A stretch of 64,000 nucleotides of DNA, taken from contig CAVWWD010000008.1 of NCBI GenBank assembly GCA_963758635.1, positions 384,001-448,000 on the forward strand, given 5' to 3'. Position 1 is the first letter of the stretch, and each line of letters begins with the position of its first letter. This document shows, in pieces, positions 21,586 to 29,380 of this stretch. Source of the stretch: an uncultured Candidatus Rokubacteria bacterium. Lineage in GTDB: Bacteria; Methylomirabilota; Methylomirabilia; Rokubacteriales; CSP1-6. A model generated the notes under the pieces. The model was not told the DNA's origin. It saw only the letters and a program-made list of their open reading frames with translations, and made no database searches. A program made the position numbers and the translations under genes.

Positions 21586-23157
21586 TCAGGTCTCGCGGTA
21601 GATGATGAGCAGGCCGCCGATGAGGACGAAGGCCATGGCCCAGAGGCGGCCCGGCCAGCGGTCCTCGGGGGGCGGCAGGCGCAGTTCGAGCCAGCGGCCC
21701 CAGCCCGCGGCGAGCGCGAGCAGGCCGAGCGGGGCGTGCGTCACCTCGGTGAGGAACTCCTCCTTCACGTTGAGCGACGCGTGCGAGTGCGTGAGCAGGA
21801 GCAGGCCTCCGACCGCGCACAGGACGGGAAAGACGTGGGCCCACGCGGCGGACCTGATGCGGCCCGACCGCACCATCCACTCGAAGAGGCCGAAGCCCAC
21901 CACCAGCACCACGAACAGCCGGTGCTGGACCACCTCCGTGTAGGCGAGCCCCTCCCAGAACCCCTGCGGGCCGAGCGGCCACGACCCGGGGTCGTTCCTG
22001 ATGAGCATGAAGACGGAGAGGGGCAGGAACATCAGCGGCCAGTGGCGCGCCCAGCGTCCCCATCCCATGCGGTGCACGATGGCGAGCAGGCCCATGGTCA
22101 GCACGATGATGCCCGACACGTGATGGTTGAACTCCGACCACTCGCGGTCCTCGGCGGTGCGCGGGGCCTCCCGGTCCTCGACGGGCATGCTCTCGATGTC
22201 CGGCGACGTGAAGCTGGGCACGCGCGGCGTGAAGCGGAGCGCCACCTCGGCGAGCGTCGCGCGGCCCTCGGTCAGGTCGATGGCCGGCGGCAGCGAGGTG
22301 AGCGACGCGGCGGCGAACAGCACCGTGAGCCCGAGCCCCAGCTCGACCTCGACGAAGCGCTGCACGCGCCCGAGCGGCACCGGCGGCCCATCGGCGAGGC
22401 GACGCACGACGAAGAAGTTGGCCGAGCCGAGGGCGAGGAGGCCCAGGAGCATCACGACCTTCACGAGCACCATGACGCCGTAGGACGTCCCGAGGAGTCC
22501 CCCGAGGCCATCCACGTAGCCGAGTGACAGGCCGAGCCCGGCGCCGACGAGGAGCGCGACCGAGGACAGCGCCAGGGTCGAGAACCGTGTGAGCACGGTG
22601 GCCGGCCATCCCGACGGTCCGAGCCCGAACGCGATGGCGGCGAGGTGGGCGAGCCCCCCGACCCACGCGGACGCGCCGAGCTGGTGCAGCGTGTCCAGGA
22701 CGAGGAGCCAGCCCACGTGATCGAGCCGCGCCGCGGCGTGGCTGAGCCCGGCCGAGCTGGCGAAGAGCGCGACGCCGCTCGCCACGAGGACGGCCCACGT
22801 GGAAGGTGACAGCGACGTCCGGCGCGCGCGCGCCGCCGCCAGCGCGAGGACGACGGCCGCGGCCACGCGCACCAGACCGGCCCGGAAGTACATGGTGGCC
22901 AGGGCGTCGCCCACCGGCCAGCCGCGCTCGTCGGCGAGCGCGGCGAGGTGGAGGAGGAGCGACGCGAGCTGCGCCAGGGCCAGGCCGACGGCGCCCCACG
23001 TCATGAGGGAGAGCGAGCGGCCGGGATGCGTCGCCGCCTGCGGGCCGGCCGGGCCGCCCGTCCGGAGCACGACGATCAGGAAGATGATCCCGCCCGCGGC
23101 CAGGGCCTGGCCCACCAGGGCCACCCCGCGGAGCACGACGTCGAGGAAGGCGGTCAC
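21586..23157 (-). CDS. Second CopD-family membrane protein (paralog of 14079..15698)
   Basis: Colinear similarity: AASLTSLPPA, WSEFNHH, RNDP..WPLGP, LLTHSH and YRE at the C-terminus. Confidence 0.8.
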   Translation of the reverse strand: MTAFLDVVLRGVALVGQALAAGGIIFLIVVLRTGGPAGPQAATHPGRSLSLMTWGAVGLALAQLASLLLHLAALADERGWPVGDALATMYFRAGLVRVAAAVVLALAAARARRTSLSPSTWAVLVASGVALFASSAGLSHAAARLDHVGWLLVLDTLHQLGASAWVGGLAHLAAIAFGLGPSGWPATVLTRFSTLALSSVALLVGAGLGLSLGYVDGLGGLLGTSYGVMVLVKVVMLLGLLALGSANFFVVRRLADGPPVPLGRVQRFVEVELGLGLTVLFAAASLTSLPPAIDLTEGRATLAEVALRFTPRVPSFTSPDIESMPVEDREAPRTAEDREWSEFNHHVSGIIVLTMGLLAIVHRMGWGRWARHWPLMFLPLSVFMLIRNDPGSWPLGPQGFWEGLAYTEVVQHRLFVVLVVGFGLFEWMVRSGRIRSAAWAHVFPVLCAVGGLLLLTHSHASLNVKEEFLTEVTHAPLGLLALAAGWGRWLELRLPPPEDRWPGRLWAMAFVLIGGLLIIYRET

Positions 23158-23173
23158 GGGAGCGGAGGCTCCC

Positions 23174-24346
23174 TCAGGCGGTGCGCGGGCGGCGTCCCGT
23201 CCATAGGAGGAGAAGGAGGAAGATGGGCGCGCCCACCGCGGTGAAGGCGATGAACCAGTAGGCTTTGCCCACGGCGGCCAGGGCTACAACCAGGTAGATG
23301 AAGTCACGGTGCGTGAGGGCTTCCACCACGCGGTCGGCGACGGCTTCCCCTTCGGGCGCCCGCGTCAGGATCCCGCGGCGGTACACGATGAGCGCGACCG
23401 CCGCGGTGGCGACGACGGCCACCGCGCCGAAGAGGAGCGGCCACGAGGCGCCGGCGTGCCGGACCCACCCGAGCGTCATCCCGGTGAACGCGGCGGCGTG
23501 GACGAGGTTGTCGCCCCAGAAATCGAGGGCGGCGCCGTTCGGCGACTCGCGGAAGGTGAGGCGGGCGAGCTCGCCATCGCATCCGTCCAGGATCGAGTGG
23601 GTGAGGAACAGCAGCGCGCCCGCGAACTGGAGTGACGGCGACAGGAACAGCGCGGCCCCGGCCAGCCCCACCGCGAGGCTGATCAGAGTCATCGCGTTGG
23701 GCGTGATCGGCGTCGACGTGAGGCGTCGCGTGATGGCCAGCGAGATCCGCCGCTCGAAGTGGCGCGACATGAACCCCTCGTTGGGCTTGACGAGGCTCCG
23801 CAGCAGCCACGACTCGGCGGCGGCGAGGTCGCGGGGGCCGCGGAGCCGGAAGTGGCCAGGCCCCTCGAGCGCGCCGCTCACCGTCTTGAACGTGCCCGCG
23901 AGCGCGGCGATAGCCTCGCCCGCGGTGGTCGATCGCGCCACGGTGTCGACGACGCGCTCGGCCTGCGACGCGTCGAGCACGGCCACGCTTCCGTCGTTCA
24001 CGTAGAGTCGATCGGGCTCGAGCGGCATCTCGCGCAGGCGGCGCAGCCAGGGCGCCTGGGGGACCACGCTCCGGTCCAGGACCACGATGCGGCTCGGCGG
24101 GTGGGACGGCGGCGCGCCAGCGACCAGGGGCGCGGCCCGTGTGCCGTCGAGCAGGCCGCGGTCGCCCGGGCCGAGGCCGCTCATGAGCGACGCGTCGTAG
24201 CCGGCGCGCTCCGCGGTGAGCGCGATGCGTCTGACCAGCGGCAGCCCCGCCACGGACGCCGACGGCGGGATGAGCGCCGCCTCCCCCTCGGCGGGCAGGA
24301 CGAGGAGCAGCGCGCGCGCCGACTCCGCCGGGCCGCGGTTGCTCAC
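23174..24346 (-). CDS. CDP-alcohol phosphatidyltransferase family with degenerate N-terminal nucleotidyltransferase-like domain
   Basis: ITPNAMT and LDGCDGELARL...GAALDFWGD (DGxxAR..GxxxD); N-terminal VAGLPLVRR. Confidence 0.85.
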   Translation of the reverse strand: MSNRGPAESARALLLVLPAEGEAALIPPSASVAGLPLVRRIALTAERAGYDASLMSGLGPGDRGLLDGTRAAPLVAGAPPSHPPSRIVVLDRSVVPQAPWLRRLREMPLEPDRLYVNDGSVAVLDASQAERVVDTVARSTTAGEAIAALAGTFKTVSGALEGPGHFRLRGPRDLAAAESWLLRSLVKPNEGFMSRHFERRISLAITRRLTSTPITPNAMTLISLAVGLAGAALFLSPSLQFAGALLFLTHSILDGCDGELARLTFRESPNGAALDFWGDNLVHAAAFTGMTLGWVRHAGASWPLLFGAVAVVATAAVALIVYRRGILTRAPEGEAVADRVVEALTHRDFIYLVVALAAVGKAYWFIAFTAVGAPIFLLLLLWTGRRPRTA

Positions 24347-25515
24347 GCCGCGGAGTCGCTCACGGGTCCGGAGGGTTGCTGTGGGTTCCAAGGCATGTCC
24401 ATATGGGTTTGAGGTTGGTTCCACTGCGTTTCCACATGGGTTCGGAGGGTTTGAGGTTCGTTCCACTGCATTTCCATATGCGCTCGGCTCGCCTTCGGCT
24501 CACCTCGCAAGGCCACATCCTCGCCGCGCCGGCTCGAGGCGCGCGCCGCCGCTTCCACGAGGACGCAGTGCACGGCCTCGGCGAGGTTCTCGCCGGCCGG
24601 GGCGCCGGCGTCCACATCGGCGAGGAATCGATCGGCGACGGGGCCGAACCAGTCCGGGTGCGCCGACCCGGCGGACAGCGCGGGCGGGCAGGGCCACCGC
24701 CGCTCGCCGCCGCTCCGCGGCGAGAGCACGACGGTGTCGTCCTCGAGGCGCAGGACGCCTTCGCTGCCGCGGATCTCCACGCGGTTGCGTCGGATGTCCG
24801 CCGCCCAGGTGAGGAACACCTCGGCGGTCGCCCCGGGGAACGTGAGGTGCACGCGCGCGGTGTCCTCCACCGACCACTCCCGGTGCCGGCGACGCTCGAG
24901 CACGGCACGGACCATCGGCGGCTCGGCCCCGAGCCAGCGGCGGAGGACGTAGAAGACGTGCCACCCGTGGTCGCTCAGGACGCCGCCGCCCGCCACGTCC
25001 GCGTCGGTGCGCCAGTTGACGGCGCCGTCGGCGGCGGCGGCCGCGGGCTTCGTGCGGAGCGTCTCCCAGGTCACGTGCTCGACGCGCCCGATGATGCCGG
25101 CGGCCAGGAGCCCGGCGGCGCGGCGGAGGATGGGCGCGTGGTGCCAGTTGTGCACGGTGTGAAGCACCCGGCCGCTGGCCTCGGCCACGCGCGCGACCGC
25201 GGCGAGCTCGCCGGGCGAGCACACCAGCGGCTTCTCGCACAGGACGTGACGTCCGCTCCGGAGCGCGGCGGCGACGAGCTTCGCGTGGCTCCGCGGGGGC
25301 GTGCAGATGTCCACGAAGTCGAGGGTCTCCTGATCCAGGAGGGGCTCGGGGGAGTCGTACCAGCGGGCGTCCGGCAGCCGGGCCGCCGCCTCGGCGCGAC
25401 GCTCGGGTCGGGCGTCGGCCACCGCCACGATCTCCACGTCGTCGCGCTCGAGCCAGCCGGGCAGGTGGCCGTGGACCGCGACGTTGCCCAGCCCGATGAT
25501 GGCGCCGCGCTTCAC
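24343..25515 (-). CDS. Gfo/Idh/MocA family oxidoreductase with repeat-derived C-terminal tail
   Basis: IIGLGNV, ICTPP, HVLCEKP and GGGVLSDHGWH. Confidence 0.85.
   Translation of the reverse strand: MKRGAIIGLGNVAVHGHLPGWLERDDVEIVAVADARPERRAEAAARLPDARWYDSPEPLLDQETLDFVDICTPPRSHAKLVAAALRSGRHVLCEKPLVCSPGELAAVARVAEASGRVLHTVHNWHHAPILRRAAGLLAAGIIGRVEHVTWETLRTKPAAAAADGAVNWRTDADVAGGGVLSDHGWHVFYVLRRWLGAEPPMVRAVLERRRHREWSVEDTARVHLTFPGATAEVFLTWAADIRRNRVEIRGSEGVLRLEDDTVVLSPRSGGERRWPCPPALSAGSAHPDWFGPVADRFLADVDAGAPAGENLAEAVHCVLVEAAARASSRRGEDVALRGEPKASRAHMEMQWNEPQTLRTHVETQWNQPQTHMDMPWNPQQPSGPVSDSAA
24384..24514 (+). repeat. Dispersed repeat family B (3 x GGTTCCAnnGCATTTCCATATG plus core)
   Basis: Direct sequence comparison with the 16.6 kb and 25.6 kb copies. 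Confidence 0.9.
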
Positions 25516-25545
25516 GCGCGGGTGGGGCGAGGAGTCAAGCGGCCC

Positions 25546-25682
25546 GAGGTTTGCGGTTGGTTCCAAGGCATTTCCATATGCCGGCGGTCGGAGGTTCGCG
25601 GTTGGTTCCAAGGCATTTCCATATGCGCTCGGCTCGCCTGCGGCTCACCTCGCAAAGCCACTCGCAAAGCCACTCGCAAAGC
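25546..25682 (+). repeat. Dispersed repeat family B (2 units plus core plus 3 x CTCGCAAAGC(CA))
   Basis: GGTTGGTTCCAAGGCATTTCCATATGC twice, then CGCTCGGCTCGCCTGCGGCTCACCTCGCAAAGCCA. Confidence 0.9.
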
Positions 25683-25685
25683 GGG

Positions 25686-27014
25686 CTAGTCGAGGCCGTG
25701 GCGGGGGAGGACGGCGGCCAGCGACTCCTCGAGGAGGGCCAGCCCCTCCAGCGCCGTCTCCTCCGAGATGACCAGCGGCGGGTTGATCCGGATCGACGGC
25801 GAGTAGCTCATCGCGACGAGGCCGCGCCGCAGGCACTCCTGGTAGAGGCTCTGCGTGACCTCACGCGCGACCGGCTGCCGGGTCTGCCGGTCGCGGACCA
25901 GCTCCATGCCGAGGAGCAGCCCACGGCCCCGCACCTCTCCGACGGCGCGGAAGCGATCCTTCATGGCCTCGAGCCGGGTGAGCATGACCGCCCCGACCCG
26001 GGCGGAGTTCTTGACGAGCTCCTCGCCGAGGATGATCTCGAGCGACGCCAGACCCGCCGCGGCGGCGAGGGGGTTGCCGCCGTAGCTGGACGAGCTGGCG
26101 CTCGGGTTCGACCATGGCCTGGCGCTCGTGAGCTCATCGGTGGACACCACCGCGCTCAGCGGGAAGCCTCCGCCCATGCCCTTGCCCATCGTCATGATGT
26201 CGGGTACCACGCCGTCGTGGTCGCATCCCCACAGCGTGCCGGTGCGCCCGAAGCCGGTGATCATCTCGTCGCAGACGAGGAGCGCGCCGTGGTCGCGGGC
26301 GACCGACTGGACGGCCCGCAGGAAGCCCTCGGGGGGGATCACGTTGCCGGCGGTGCCCTGCATGGGCTCGACGATGATCGCCGCGATGTCGCCGCCGGTC
26401 TGGTAGCGGATCACGTCGCGCACGTAGTCCGCGCAGGCGATCCCACATCAAGGGTACGTGAGCCGGAGCGGGCAGCGGTAGCAGTCCGCGTACGGCGTCA
26501 GGTGCTGGCCGGGCAGGAAGGGCCCGAGCTGGTGCTTGAAGTCGCTGCCCAGGAGGCCGAGCACGCCGCCCGTCTTGCCGTGGAAGCCACCCCAGAACCC
26601 GAGGACCTCGCGCTTCTTCGTCGCCGCGCGGGCCAGGCGGAGGGCCGCCTCCACCGCCTCCGCGCCGCCGGAGAAGAGCTGCACGCGGCCGAGACCGGCG
26701 GGGGTGAGACTCGTGAGGAGCTCGAGGAAGCGGGCCCGCACGTCGGTGGAGAAGCTGCCGAACGTGAGGCGCTCGACCTGGCGCTTGAGGGCGTCGACGT
26801 AGTGGGGATGGCAGTGGCCCACGCTGCCCACGGCGATCCCGGCGATGAAGTCGATGTAGGTGTTGCCGTCCTCGTCCACGAGGGTGGCCCCGCTGCCGCT
26901 GGCCATCGCGCGTTCCGCGTGGAGCGCGAACGACTGGAGGCCGGCGGCCATGTGGCGCCGCTCCTTGGCCACGATGTCCTGCGAGCGCGGACCGGGGACG
27001 CGCGGCTCGGTCAT
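25686..27014 (-). CDS. Class III PLP aminotransferase (apparent frameshift ~26450)
   Basis: DEDGNTYIDF, SGGAEAVEAA, FHGKT, EPMQG, DEMITGFGRTG, TMGKGMGGG and YGGNP. Confidence 0.9.
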
Positions 27015-27877
27015 GGCCGGCGCGCGCCGCTCAGGAGCTGGGCGAGGTACGCGGCGATGGCCACGCTCGCCTCGTCGCGGTAGAGCGCGAAGCTGGGCCA
27101 GGCGTTCACGTCGAGGAGCACGAGGTCGCCGTCGGCCGTGGCGATGGCGTCACCGCCGTACACCTCGAGGCCCAGCGCGGCCGCTCCGGCACGGGCCAGC
27201 CGCGCGAGGCGCGCGGGGTCCAGGGGATGGCCCGCCACCGTCTGGTCCTTGTGATAGAACCACCGGAACCACGGCGGCCCGCCGTGGGCGCCGGCGCCCG
27301 TGCCGATCCCGTAGAACTTCACGAGGTCGCCGTCGATGTGGGGCTGCACGACGGCCCGCGCCATCCCGCGCGCGGCGAGCCCGGCCACCGCGGCGCGGAA
27401 CGCCGTCTCCCCGGCCGCGAAGACGACGTCGCCCTCCTGCGTGTTGTGCACGTCGGGCCGCTTGACCCACACGGGCCCGGCGGGCGCGGCGCCCGGGGCC
27501 TCGGTGGACACGATCCGGCTCGGCACGAACGCGACGCCGCCCTCGGCGAGCTGCGCGATCATGCGCTCCCGGTACGTGTTGAGGATCGCGGCGGGGGCGT
27601 TGACCTGCCGGACGCCGGCCACCTCCCAGGCGCGGAGCTGGCTCAGGATCTCCTCGCGCTCGCACATCATGAAGATGAGCGGCGCCGGCGTCTCACCGGG
27701 CACGCGCAGCTCGTCCGGGCTCTTGAGCACCACGTCCCAGCCCTGCTCCTCGAGGTGTTTGCCGGTCAGCCGGAGGATCTCGCCGTCGTCGACCTCACGG
27801 CCGGGCGAGTGGGCCCGCTCGCGAAACACCCCCCAGCAACGGACTCGGCTCACCGGGCCTCTCCTCTCGGGTTTCAT
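27011..27877 (-). CDS. ATP-grasp fold protein with ITPK1-like DxN motif
   Basis: WVKR, VVQPHIDGDLVKFYG and LGLEVYGGDAI...LLDVNAWPSF. Confidence 0.7.
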   Translation of the reverse strand: MKPERRGPVSRVRCWGVFRERAHSPGREVDDGEILRLTGKHLEEQGWDVVLKSPDELRVPGETPAPLIFMMCEREEILSQLRAWEVAGVRQVNAPAAILNTYRERMIAQLAEGGVAFVPSRIVSTEAPGAAPAGPVWVKRPDVHNTQEGDVVFAAGETAFRAAVAGLAARGMARAVVQPHIDGDLVKFYGIGTGAGAHGGPPWFRWFYHKDQTVAGHPLDPARLARLARAGAAALGLEVYGGDAIATADGDLVLLDVNAWPSFALYRDEASVAIAAYLAQLLSGARRP

Positions 27878-27903
27878 CGGGTTTTCAGTGCGGCACCGGG
27901 GAG

Positions 27904-27995
27904 GACGTGAATGAATGGCGAGACGTCACGCCGCGTGCACGCGGAATCGCGGTGTTGCCCGCTCGCCGACGTCAGAGTCCGCATACCTTCGCAAC
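27904..27995 (-). repeat. Dispersed repeat family D; supplies the last codons and stop of the upstream NTP transferase
   Basis: Imperfect terminal inverted repeats GACGTGAATGAATG / GTTGCGAAGGTATG. Internal GGGCAACAcCGCGATTCcGCGT is shared with the 18981 copy. Confidence 0.7.
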
Positions 27996-28685
27996 CTGGG
28001 GCACGAGCGACTCGGCGAGCGCCACGTCGCTCCCACGATCCACGTCGACGACGGTGGGGACGACCTCCGCGTACACCGGCTCGCCGCCGCGCGCCAGCCA
28101 GCCGAGGAAGTCGCGCAGGCGCGCCAGTCCCGGCGGCGGCTCCACGCCGCGGAGGCGCTCGGGGATCAGGTAGAGGCCGGCGGTCACGGCGTCGCCGTCT
28201 CGGCCGCCGAGCTCGGTCACGCGCCCGTCCGTGCCGAGGCGCGCCCACAGCGGACGCTCGTCGGCCACCAGCGGCGTGACGCCGAGGACCACGGCGTCGG
28301 CCGGGCGGCGGCGCGCGGCGGCGACGAACGCCGCGAACTCGTCGCGGGGGCACCAGGCGTCCACCGTCGAGACGAGCAGGGGACCGGGCCGGGCGTGCCG
28401 CAGCACGGTCAGGAAGCTCTCGAGCGACGAGGCGGTGGTCTTCACGATGAAGCGGAGGTCGAGGGCGCCGAAGCGGCCGGAAGCCCAGTCCACGCACTGC
28501 CGGTGATCGTCGTTCACGATGGCGGTGATCGAGCCGATCCCGACCGATACGAAATTACCTATCACCGACTCCAGGAGGGGGACCCCGCCGACGCTCACGA
28601 GGGGCTTGGGAACACCGAACCCATCCTCCCGGAGGCGACGGCCCTCGCCCGCCGCGATGATCCCTCCGCGCAACTGCTCGCTCAC
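27972..28685 (-). CDS. Nucleotidyltransferase (NTP_transferase family)
   Basis: GIIAAGEGRRL...PKPL, STVD and DVD. Confidence 0.85.
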   Translation of the reverse strand: MSEQLRGGIIAAGEGRRLREDGFGVPKPLVSVGGVPLLESVIGNFVSVGIGSITAIVNDDHRQCVDWASGRFGALDLRFIVKTTASSLESFLTVLRHARPGPLLVSTVDAWCPRDEFAAFVAAARRRPADAVVLGVTPLVADERPLWARLGTDGRVTELGGRDGDAVTAGLYLIPERLRGVEPPPGLARLRDFLGWLARGGEPVYAEVVPTVVDVDRGSDVALAESLVPQVAKVCGL

Positions 28686-29380
28686 AACAGCAATTCCTCC
28701 AGGCCCTTGAGGGAATGCACGACGGGGTCGGCTGGACAGCAGGCCGCCCGGCGCTCGCCCGTCTCGGCGACCAACCAGACATGCGGCATGCCGAGTGCCC
28801 GCGCGCCGGCCATGTCACGGGGGAGCGAATCTCCCACGAACACCGCTTCGGCCGGACCGACGGCGAGAGCCTCGAGCGCCCGCCCGAAGATACGCGGGTC
28901 GGGCTTCTCCCAGCCAACGCGGGCGGAATCCATGATAGTCGAAAAAAGATCGTGGATTCCACAATCTTCACACACAGTTTCGAGGTTCCCGTAGAAGTTG
29001 GAGACGATGCCGAGCCGGTAGCGGCGGGCCAGCGCCTCGAGGAGCGGACGGTTCCGCCGGGCGACGGCGACGCTCTCGTCGACGAACGCGGTGGCGAGCC
29101 GGGCGATGAGGGCGCCGTCCTCGATGGCGAGCCCGCGGGTCAGCCCCTCCATGAGCCGGCGCGCGGTCTCCCGGAACGACACGGTGGGGCCCAGCGCGCC
29201 GACCAGGGCGTCGTCGGCGCGGTAGAAGGCGGGATCGAACCGCTCGGCGGGGATCGCGTGGCCCTCGGCGCGGAGGAGGAGCGCCACGCGCTCCTTCCAG
29301 GCGACGCCGTCGGCGTCGAGGGTGCCGCCCCAGTCCAGGAGGACGGCGCGGCAGCCGGGGAAGCGGGGGGCGCCCGTCAC
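28682..29380 (-). CDS. HAD-superfamily hydrolase
   Basis: LLDWGGTL, IVSN, KPDPRIF and FVGDS..RDM.GA. Confidence 0.85.
   Translation of the reverse strand: MTGAPRFPGCRAVLLDWGGTLDADGVAWKERVALLLRAEGHAIPAERFDPAFYRADDALVGALGPTVSFRETARRLMEGLTRGLAIEDGALIARLATAFVDESVAVARRNRPLLEALARRYRLGIVSNFYGNLETVCEDCGIHDLFSTIMDSARVGWEKPDPRIFGRALEALAVGPAEAVFVGDSLPRDMAGARALGMPHVWLVAETGERRAACCPADPVVHSLKGLEELLL

Noticed and set aside
24384..25682. GGTTCCA...CATATG units as a degenerate CRISPR
   Set aside because: Only 2-3 units per locus with short, similar linkers; better explained as dispersed family B.
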